Source of the DNA: Zygnema circumcarinatum SAG 698-1b | Taxonomy: Eukaryota > Plantae > Zygnematophyceae | Length of the DNA stretch: 64,000 bases | Assembly (NCBI GenBank): GCA_037447605.1 | Contig: CM074804.1 | Location: 1,550,001-1,614,000 of the forward strand | Direction of reading: 5' to 3' | Part shown: in pieces, positions 35,437 to 45,026 of the stretch | How the letters are laid out: every line of letters begins with the position of its first letter | How positions within the stretch are numbered: position 1 is the stretch's first letter | Notes under the pieces: model-generated | What the model saw: the letters and a program-made list of their open reading frames with translations, nothing else | The model's database searches: none | What the model was told of the DNA's origin: nothing | Translations under genes and position numbers: made by a program

Positions 35437-38400
35437 TTAATAATGCGCATTTCCAAGCTCTAAATCCGTTGCTGCGAACACCATAGAACCCATTCCGTTA
35501 TGTCCAACGGCTCCATGTAGCGACGACCCCCCCTCGTCCTCCCCCTCCTCCCACGCACTGCCAACTGACTCCGCGAACCTTTGAAGGGACTGGGAGACCT
35601 CCTCCTCCTCCTCCTCCCCCTGCCTGCTCCCCCTCCTCGACGAGGAGGCGAACTCGTATCTCGGGTGGCCCGAATCGCCACGCAGTTCTATGTACGAAAT
35701 CGGCCGAATATGCCAATCAAACGGACTCCCGGAACGCACGCGACGGGAATTCAGTGCATGGATCTCCTTCCTCGTCGCGCTGCCCGTCAAGTAGTCGCCC
35801 CATGAAAGCAGAATGCACCCCCTGCAGAAACACACCAACCCAGATTCAGAAAATTAGGGTTTCGATCTTCACGTCCATTAAAGTCCTGGGTTGAAGGCCC
35901 TCCTCTCCTCCCCCTACCCCTCCCCACTCTTCCCCCCTGTCCCTCCCTCCCTCCCCCCCTCCCCCCTGTAACCTCCCGATCTCCTCACCCTCCCTCTCTC
36001 CGTCTCCCTCTCCCCTTTCCCTCCCTCCTCCCTCCCTCTCTCTCTGAGGTAGGAGCGCTGACCAGCAGGCTGCACTGAGCAGGAGAATCGCAGAGAAGGC
36101 GATGGGAATCCAAATGTTTGGATTGAACTTGAGAAAGCTGAAAGTTTCCCAACCGAGCCAACACCCGTGGCAGCCATTGGACTCAGATATTGCGATAAAA
36201 ATGGGGCTCAAAACAATGCCTTTTCTTATAAAAAAACTAGATGATTTAAGCATCAAAACAAAGATAAAATGACCAGTTTAAGCGACTAAGAAAGGAACAA
36301 GCATCTTACGCCATGAAGGCCTGAAGGGGGAAAAAAAAAGTCACACCTGCACAAGTCGGCACCACCAATCTCAGATTCGGAGAACAAAATGGATTTCTGG
36401 GTTAATTGACAAAAAGGGAGAAAAGGGACGGCAGAAAAGTAAGGGAAAGGGAGGATGTCTACGGAGGGAGGGAGAGAGGATGGGGGAAGAGTGGGGGAGA
36501 GAGGGAGAGATGGAGAGAGAGTGAGGGAGAGAGCGAGAGGCAGCGTGCATACCCCACGAGAAGAGACGGAAGATCCATCGCCAGTCCCCTTCACATCTGG
36601 AATGTTCTACATGTCCCGCAATAAAAAGAACAGCGCGGAGGACCAAAAGAGAAAATAAAAATCAAAAGGGGATCACAAATGGGAACGAAACAACAGGAAA
36701 TTTCAGAGCTTCCTTATGTTCCCCTTACCTCCCCCACCCCCTTTCCGCTTTTTTTCTATGTCATTCCTTCCGTATATCCTCTGGGCTTTCAACGTTTATC
36801 CCTCTCTCTCTCCCAATCCCTCCCCCACTCCCTGTCTCTTCCTCTCAGCCTCTCCACCCCTCTTCCCCTGTCCCACCCTCCCCATCTTCCTCTCCCTCCC
36901 TATCCCCTCCCTCTCCCCTCCCTCCTCCCTCCCTCCTCCCTCCCTCATCCCTCCCTCCTCCCCCCTTCCTCTCCCCTTCCTCTCCCCTTCCTCCTCTCCC
37001 TCTCCCTCTCCCTCCCCCNNNNNNNNNNGGGAGAGGGAGAGGGAGTGGGAGAGGGAGAGGGAGAGGGAGAGGGTGAGGGAGAGGGAGAGGGAGGAGACAT
37101 GATACAGCAATGAGGATATAGGCGAGGATCTCTATTTGGAGATTGTTAAATATGACAAGAAGGGATTTATCAAAGAAGTTCTTTAACACTGCAAGAGAAA
37201 GGAAGACAGAGAGAGAGAGAATGGGGGGGAGTGGGGGAGAGAGAGAGGACATAGAGAGAAAGCTGTTTTACGATTCTGAAGACGGAAAGTTCAAAGTTCC
37301 CCTGAAACTGAAAAGACCATACACACTAAACCGCTCTATTGATGAATCCACTGACGTCAGTCGCTCGCCAACCCTTCAGTGCCCAGCAAAACGGATTTCC
37401 TATTTCCGGACGCATGTGAGTTCGTCAAATTTTGATATTTTTTTCTTTGCCCAATGTGACAACGTTTTTATTATATTGGTTTCTCTGCTCACCACAATGG
37501 CGTTGGAGATTGCGTAGGCGGTCACTAAGCCCTGCAGCCCAACCCGAGAACTTTCGCCTTCGATCAAACCATAGACACTCTTGTCTCCCTCTCTCTCCCC
37601 CTGGTGTCTCTCTCTCTCCTTTCCCCTCTCCCTCTCTTTCACTCTATCCCTCTCAATGTACAGTACCCCTCTCCACATCTGCCTCTCGCACTCTTCTCTG
37701 CTCTCCCTCCTCCCATTCCTCTACAAGTTTATGTCCTTCACCCCCCATTTCTCTCCTACCCTCCTTTATCCCTCACTTTATCGCTCTCCCTCACCTTCAC
37801 TTTCTCCCCTTCCCTTCTTCCCTCTCCTTGTCCCGTTCACTCTCCCTTTCCTCCTCGTTCTCTTCTCTCTTCTCCCTTCAGCTTTCTCTCTCTCTCTCTC
37901 TCTCTCACTCACCTCAAACTACTTAGTTTCTCACACAGCACCCACATCACCTCCTCCCCACCTTGCATAGAAACTCCTCAACACCATATAACGCAAGATT
38001 CCTTTCCTTCCGTACAGTGAACGACACCAACATGGAGAAAGCATAAAGTAACAAAAGACGAAAACAAAAAAGGACAAGAAAAAGTACAACAATCGAAGAA
38101 TTTTTTTGTTTTTTTAATTTAAATTGAAAATAGTACAGACATAGCCAAGAACATGGAGGTCACTTTAGGGTTTCAGAATTTTAGGGTTAAGGGCCCCTCA
38201 CCAAAGGAGGGGTCAGCCATGAATATGAGAATTCCACGGGTGCGGTCATAGTAAAGCCCGCGATGAGAGCTGCCAGCCAACTCATTGAACGCATGTGCTC
38301 CGCTTTCTCCTCCACCTCTCGTCTATTCACCTCCTTCAGCCTGAAGAAAGTTCAGGAATTAGAAGGAGAAGGGCCGTCTCTCTCTCCGCCTTTCTCTCTC

Positions 38401-39361
38401 TCACACTCTCTCTCGCCTCTCTCTATCCCTCTCTTTCTTTCTCTCATTGTTCTCTCTCTCTCTCCCGCTTCCGCCTGATTTACTTGTGCTCGGGAAAGGT
38501 CATGGGGAACGAAAAGGAAGCTCATAAGAGAGGGCAAAGCGAGTGCGAGAGAGAGAGAGGGGGGGAGAGAGAAGGGGGAGGAGAGAGCGATAAGGACGAA
38601 AGAAGAGGAAAGGGGGGAGAGCGAAAGAGAAAAAGAGAGAAGGACAGAGAGAGGATGGGCTGGAGGAGAGACAAGGCTACCACACCTTGTCCAAAGGTAT
38701 CTGAAGTTACCGAGATTCCGCTGTTGAACGTCTTCGTGCCTCCGTCTGTAAGTTACCAAAGATATCCCAAAACAAAAAACCAATCCAAAAATGTACCGAC
38801 ATTATTAGTCACAATAAACCGCACAAAGAGTTCGCCTGCAAGAGCACCTTACAGTTAGCACCTTGACGTTTAAAAAGAAAATGAATGGAATAATTAAAGC
38901 ATGCGCTACAAGTTCTACGCTTTCTTCTGAACGACGTATTTCATTTAAGCGCTCTCACAGCTCGAAACACTTGAAGCTTTGAAACATTTCTAGAAAAGAA
39001 CGCCTGCCCCGAAATGCTTGAGATGAGGGAGGGGAGAGAGAAACCCTATAACGCTTAACACCCTGAACCCTCCCCTACACCGCCTATAACCCTCGAAACC
39101 CTTCCCTGCGACCCTAAAACCCTCCAACCCTACGACCCTAAAACCCTGGAGCCCTAACCCCTCCAGCCCTGAACCCCGGCCCTCTGACCTCGTCCTGAGG
39201 CGGCGGTGGAGGCGCTGCTCGAGCGCCAGCTGGCGGAGGAGGGCGCGGTACTGGAGGTCCTCGTGGCGCCACGTGGCCCTCTCGTGGCGGAACTCGCGGC
39301 CGCGCTGGCGCCACTCGTGCGTCGTCCACGTGTCCACGGCCGTGAGGGCCGCCTGAGCCAT
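35437..39361 (-). CDS. ORAI: Orai (CRAC, calcium release-activated calcium channel) homolog, green-lineage type; central exons partly unresolved
   Basis: Supported exons: 39361-39189, 38745-38686 (RRHEDVQQRNLGNFRYLWTR), 38340-38202 (LKEVNRREVEEKAEHMRSMSWLAALIAGFTMTAPVEFSYSWLTPPL, TM1 with GF...E spacing identical to ORAI1 G98-F99...E106), 37531-37493 (GLVTAYAISNAIV, start of TM2), 36596-36553 (CEGDWRWIFRLFSWG, start of TM3), 36137-36063 (FLKFNPNIWIPIAFSAILLLSAACW, WVKF-like motif plus TM4), 35821-35437 (GCILLSWGDYLTGS...). The second half of TM2, the TM2-TM3 loop and mid-TM3 could not be spliced confidently; an N gap lies at 37019-37028. Confidence 0.88.
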
Positions 39362-39732
39362 GGCGGGCGGGCCCGGCCCGGGGGAACCCTAATTTCTGCA
39401 AACCCTAACTTTTCTCTGCGCACTTGCGAAGCCCCGTTTTTGCTTCCCTAAGAGAAATGACTAAGAGAAAAGAAAAGCGAGGGGGGATATGAGAAGTAAA
39501 ATACTTGCAAACCATCCTGCGTCACTTTGACATCCTCACTTCTGCATTGGTCCGAACCCTAATTTTCGCTTCATTCGTGAACTTTTCACGTAGCATTCCA
39601 AACTTGGACATACCTCACATGCCACACGGGGATCAGAGCGAAGCAGAAAAGCATGGCAATATTTCAACTGTACACGCTTACAGAGGAGACGAATAATACA
39701 ATGCAACTATTTTCGCGCAAGATGCAAAAGTG

Positions 39733-39854
39733 AGTGGGTGCGACACCCGGACTTCCCGGGAGGTCACCCATCTCAGTACTATTCCGGCCCACAGGCGCTT
39801 AGCTGCGGAGTTCTGATGGGATCCGGCGTAGTAGCCTAGGTATGATCGCACCAC
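39733..39854 (-). rRNA. 5S rRNA: 5S rRNA gene, dispersed single copy
   Basis: Minus strand reads GTGGTGCGATCATACCTAGGCTACTACGCCGGATCCCATCAGAACTCCGCAGCTAAGCGCCTGTGGGCCGGAATAGTACTGAGATGGGTGACCTCCCGGGAAGTCCGGGTGTCGCACCCACT. Box A/IE/box C are recognisable, compensatory pairing is kept (CCUAGGC/GCCUG-GG; CCGGA/UCCGG), and a TTTT terminator follows at 39729-39726. One A.C mismatch sits in the box-C helix. Confidence 0.93.
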
Positions 39855-41316
39855 GACAAAATCGTGCACAAGGACATGTACATTTAAATTGTCTGAGTAA
39901 AAAAAAAAAAAAAAAAAAAAAAAAATGGTGAAAGAAAAATAATGTAATGTAATGTTGAAGTAGTTTCATTCATGTCTTTTTCAATGAGAAATGGCCTCTG
40001 TTTTCTTGCAGAGGCCGACCAAGAATCCATGGCGATGGGCGGAGGAGGCTTCGTTTCGTCTGTGTAAAAATGCGAAAAAGTCGAGTGCTGCACTCGTCAT
40101 TTGCGCCATGCCCTATTTGTGGCGGGTCTGTCTCCCAGCGTCCACCGCCAGCAGCGTTGTGCGTCCACACGTTGTTGGGCCAAAACTCAATTGAATGCGC
40201 GGGAGGAAGGACCAAGGGCCAAGGGCGGGCAGGTCCCTTTCATTCAGAGAACCGTCTTACCTTTCATGGCAGAGCCAACCTGCTTTAAGCGTCAAAGAAG
40301 CTGAAGCTGAAGGAGCTGGAACTGTACTCGCGTTGCAAAGGACCCTTGTTTGTTGCAGGGAGGGGACCTGTACGGTACCTCCACAACACGGCGAAGTCGA
40401 ATGGGTTGTCGTTGTGAGAGAGCGGTCTCAATTGCCATTTTTCTTTATCTTCATGCAGAGTGAGAAAGACCTCGATTCGCTGGACACTGAACATGTGTTG
40501 AACATGAGCTGCAATTCGACGGTGCAGCCCGAAAGCCCTCTAATCCTCTCCTAAAGGGCCCCCACTTACCTACCAACCGACGTCTTGAAGGAGTACTAAA
40601 AACAAAACACAATTTTTTTGTTTTTTGAAACAAGGTAAAGAAAAAGCCTTGACAGAGATCACAAGTAGTTTCCACAGAGCATGCTGATGAGCCATGAACC
40701 CTAAATTCTGGAACATAACCCAAAGACACTGCAACGCTCACAAAAAAATAATGAAAGATCAACTAACTCTAAACCCCCTCCTCTGGTCCTTCCTAACACC
40801 CTTTCTTCAAACAATAAGGCGATTTCGCCCTTCACCCTAAAAAGACCAAATTACTAATCTATTTTTCTCCATAATGCAAAAAAAAAAAAAAAACACAACA
40901 CAAAAAAACGTACGAAAAACGCCTTCCCACTGCTGCAATTCTGCAACGAAGGAAAAAAAGCGTGACGTCACTCCCACATTCCCAGACAGCAAGAATCCTA
41001 CTCCCCACTCCCAAAAAAAAAAAAACCCTCAATCCCATCCTCTTACCCTGAACCCGACCCCCAGATAGCCCTACCCTAACACACTCACACCTCCCCCTCC
41101 CCCCCCTTCCACCCCTTCCCCCCCTCTTTCCCCCCCCCCCCTCCCCCCAAAAAAAAAACTTAAAAAAAAAACATTTAGACAAACACAACCCCCCCCCACC
41201 CCCTCACTCCCAAACTAAAGAAGCAAAAGAAAAGAAAAGAAAACCGGCCGGGAGGAGGAGGAGGGGGGTTGGGTTGGATAGGGGCGAGGGGGGGTGTGAG
41301 TGAGTGAGTGAGTGAG

Positions 41317-43354
41317 TCAGTCCACAGCCGCCATGGCGCTCTCCCCCTCCCCCTCCTCCTCCATCCAGAGGTCCACTCTCAGCTGCAGTGCTCCGTGGGG
41401 GAAGTACAGGTCGGGCCGCGCTAAAACCTCACTCCATGGGCGGCGGAAGAGGTCTCTCGCACCCCACCCTACGGACTGGGGAGGGGAGAATGTGCAGCTC
41501 GACCGTGCCTTCGCAACTTCAAATTTGTGACCCTCTGCGGAGGTTTTCACACAGAAGCGATACTCGCAGTTGACTTCTCCCTCCGTCTCTCCTCTCGGGA
41601 ATGTGACTTGCTTTTCGAGGCGGAGGAAGAGGCCGAATCTCGACCCGCCTTCCTTTTGAAGTTCAAGTTTTGCGTTGAGAGTGAACCATTTTCCTTTCAC
41701 ACAGAAGGTGCCGGAGGTTGCCTGAAAGCCTGCATTGGGTTGCCACATCTTGCAGTAGCTTAAGGGAATGTCTAAGTATGCGGACTTCACAGCAGGACGA
41801 GAGTTTCTTCTCGGTCGGCACCATCCGAGGGAATTTGATCTCTGTACAGACATTCGGAACTCTTCTTCTTCTCCTCGGGCAGCCATGAATACAAGAGCTG
41901 AGAGAAGAAACTTTTGACTCGAGTCGGTCTCCATTTCCGGAGCAGTCATCACCGTTGACTTTATGTAAGCGGCCGACATCCAAGGGAGCCTTACATCTTC
42001 AAGAAGGTTTTCAACGATCGATTTCCGCAATTCTAAGTCTTGAAAATTGTGTCTCGCCCACGCTAAGAGTGCAGTAAAGACAATTTCTTCCGACTCAACA
42101 TCCAAGTTATCAGACTGAAGGAGCACTCGTAGACCCACTGTAGGGAGAGAGAGAAGTTCGTTAGAATCCGGTTGAGACAAAAGTGGGCCGTAATGCTCCG
42201 CCAAACATGTTCTCGACACGTGGCCGAGAGACCTCATCACAGGGAGGTCTTGAATGAGCTTAGGGAGCTCGAGAACACATAGAGCTTCTCGGGCAGTTAC
42301 ATGTGAGAGAGTGTCGTTTAACCGTTTAACGCATAGATCGAAGCACTCCTCCACTCCGAATCTATCAGCGAGCATTAGGAGTTGGAGAGTGAGCTCAAAG
42401 GATTCGGTTATATGGGGGGAGGTAGCGCCCTTATATATGAAGCGGAGGAGTTCCATCATGATCGGCTCCTCTGCAGGGGAGCAAGAAACCACAAGGAGGG
42501 CTCTTAGCAGCAGAAACAGAAGAAAAATGAAGGCTGGGTTTCGGTGTGATTATAGCGACGGAAGGGAGGGAAAAACTGCTTCGCACCACACTCCCTCTCC
42601 TTCTCCCTCCACTCTCTCCAGCTCTTGCCGCTGCTCTCTCCTCTCCGCGTCTCTGTCCCTCCATTGCTCCACTTCTCTTCTTGTTTCCCTCTTCCCCTCT
42701 CTCTCTCTCTCTCGCGCTTTCCCTTTATCTCCACCCTCGCCTGTTTTGTCTTGCTTTCCTTTCCTCCACCCCCTTTTCCACTGCACTCCCTCCTCTCATA
42801 TACATCCCTCCCCCACTCTCTCGCTCCCCCTCCCCTCTCTCTTCTCCCATCTGCCCTCAACCCCTGTCCTCTCGACTAAACCAGCCAAGCACCACCATCA
42901 CATCCTTTTCAAAGCTAAAAGGTCCCCTTGCAGTTTTGCTCCACCTTCGTCTCAGTTCTGTTTCAGTTTCCGTTCCAGTTCTCACCTTCCACTGTCAGAT
43001 GGATCGTGACGTTCGTCCTGTTCAGTGATTCGCTGAGACCGCTCGTGAAGAGCTTCAAGAAGAAGCTTGACTTGGCTGCCAGCACGACAGCTGTCACAGG
43101 GACCTGCTTCACTATGAGAGGAGGGGCCCCCTCCTTTCTCCCAACGACTTCACTTCTCGAGGAAAGGGAGGTGAGGGCGCTTGAGGGAGAGGGTCTGCTG
43201 GGAGGACTGTTCAAGGAAACACTCTCCTGCTCAGCTGCCTGGGAAGTGGATGAGGCTCCTTCTGCATATATCCCATCGTACTCATTAGCATCTGAGGAAG
43301 GGGTGGACAAGGGGGGCAGAGAGGAGAGCGAGAGAGAGGAGAGAGAGAGAGGGA

Positions 43355-43400
<46 letters not shown>

Positions 43401-44423
43401 GAGTTTCTCGACGATAACCTTTGTTTGATGAAAGTGTCGTTCTCCTACATTATCCATTTTGGTCTGCTTTTCATAATATTTGGATTTATTCTCAAGTCTC
43501 AGAACCTCTGCTATTATCATAACTCTCATTTTGACCCAAATTCCCCTTACACTAAAAGTGAAGCTAAGCTCAATTGTCTCCCAAGCACTAAATCCCATTC
43601 AAGCTTGGTTCTATTTCTAACGCGCATCCGGGATTTAATGTTTAACTCTAAATCGATACAAATCCCTCTATTGACCCTAATCCCTAAAACTTGACTCGAT
43701 TTAATTCCTTAATTCTGGATAATTCCATACCCATACTTCTGCACCTTGTCATTTAGTCACCATACACCTTCACGTAACTGTGATTCTAAACCGGTTGCTT
43801 GACTTAATCCTTTCTTAATCCTAATCCCAACATAACATGAATGCAAAGCAAAGGAGTTTTGCAATGCAGGCATTGCCTACATTGCACTTGGAAGGTATGT
43901 ACCAACAGAAATTTTCTTGTAATGTGGCTCATCAGTACTGTCCACAATTTCTTTCTCACCCTACCCTAACCCTAACCCTAACCCTAGCCCGAGTCTAGCC
44001 CTAATTCTAACCATAATAAAGACAGCTTTCGTTCTGAACTAAAACCATAAGAATTGAGTCAATACACCAACCCTAAAATCTTACCACCCCCCTCCATCTC
44101 TCACCTTCTTCACTCTCAGGCGCCCTCCGCATCATCGTCCACTCAGCCGCAGATCGTCCAGGGCTCGGCCTCCCTCTCTCACCGTCTCCCTCTCCCTCCC
44201 CCTCTCCATCCCCCTCCCCCTCTCCCTCTCCCTCTCCCTCACCATCTCCCTCTTCCTCTCCCTCTCGCGCATGCACCTCCAGGAGCAGCACGCAGTCAGC
44301 AAAGGCCTTCTCCATGAAAGCAAACCCAAAGTCAAAGTTCTGCCCTCCCCCACCTTTCTCCCCTTTCTCTCCCACCTGCCCGCTGGAGGGAGACGGAGAG
44401 GCGGGAATGCCACCGCTATCCAT
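41317..44423 (-). CDS. BTB/POZ-BACK protein with C-terminal TRAF/MATH-like domain, LRB/POB1-like CUL3 adaptor, 3 exons, ~592 aa
   Basis: Exons 44423-44105, 43291-42986, 42470-41317 (1779 nt). Motifs DFGFAFMEKAFADCVLLLEV, VTAVVLAAKSSFFLKLFTSGLSES, EEPIMMELLRFIY, LLMLADRF, LLQSDNLDVESEEIVF, VRLPWM, FGLFL, WGARDLFRRPW...LQLRVDL follow the recalled LRB/POB1 pattern. An alternative in-frame ATG lies at 44450. Confidence 0.9.
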
Positions 44424-44561
44424 GGATGGAGGGAGGGAGAAGCGTCTCATGCGGCGGGAGGGAGGGAGCGAGCAAGGGAGGGAGGGAGGGAGGAGCGGGA
44501 GGGGAGGGAGGGAGACGAGGGAGAAGCAGCCCGAGAGAGCCGTTGGCGTCGGGATCTCCGC

Positions 44562-44618
44562 GACGTGACGTGACGTGCGACGTAACAAGACTTTGACATG
44601 ACGTGACGTGACGTGACG
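44562..44618. promoter_or_regulatory. Tandem (TGACG)n / ACGT-core repeats in the BTB gene promoter
   Basis: cgacgtgacgtgacgtgcgacg...tgacgtgacgtgacgtgacg, ~140-195 bp upstream of ATG 44423. It resembles as-1/hex bZIP sites (inference). Confidence 0.45.
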
Positions 44619-44781
44619 GATGCAATTATTCGGATACGTGTAACGTGTGCCACTCTCGCTGGGGGCACAGCGCATTGCCCAGTGCATGCATGCCACATGG
44701 CAAGTAGCGAGCAGTCGTCAATGGGCGCACGCCAGCACAGCAAGGTTTTACGTTTATAAAATAATAAAAACAAGATGAGTG

Positions 44782-44879
44782 TACGCCGGATCCCATCAGA
44801 ACTCCGCAGCTAAACGCCTATGGGCCGGAATAGTACTGGGATGGGTGACCTCCTGGGAAGTCCAGCTGTCGCACCCACA
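44782..44879 (+). pseudogene. 5'-truncated 5S rRNA copy (pseudogene or 5S-derived element)
   Basis: tacgccggatcccatcagaactccgcagctaaacgcctatgggccggaatagtactgggatgggtgacctcctgggaagtccagctgtcgcacccac: lacks the first ~24 nt and has helix-breaking changes (ccagct vs ccgggt). About 55 bp of 3' flank is homologous to the flank of the 39.8 kb copy. Confidence 0.88.
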
Positions 44880-44982
44880 TACATTTTGCTATTTGCACAA
44901 AAATAATTGCATTGTATATTCATCGTTTCCTCTGCATATAGTGTGTACAATTGAATTTTGCTATTGCCATGCTGCTTCGCTC

Positions 44983-45026
44983 TGATCCTTCCCAGAAAGT
45001 ACCGGTGTCGCACCCACATATCTTTT
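44983..45026 (+). pseudogene. Degenerate 3'-terminal 5S rRNA fragment
   Basis: tgatccttcccagaaagtaccggtgtcgcacccacatatctttt aligns to the 5S 3' end GTGACCTCCCGGGAAGTCCGGGTGTCGCACCCAC plus a T-run. Confidence 0.7.

Noticed and set aside
42254-43028. Plus-strand ORFs of 160-251 aa
   Set aside because: Antisense to BTB exon 3 plus CT-rich intron low complexity; no family motif.
39733-44879. Cassandra TRIM interpretation of the two 5S copies
   Set aside because: Cassandra LTRs are direct repeats with PBS/PPT. These copies are inverted and I saw no TG..CA LTR ends.
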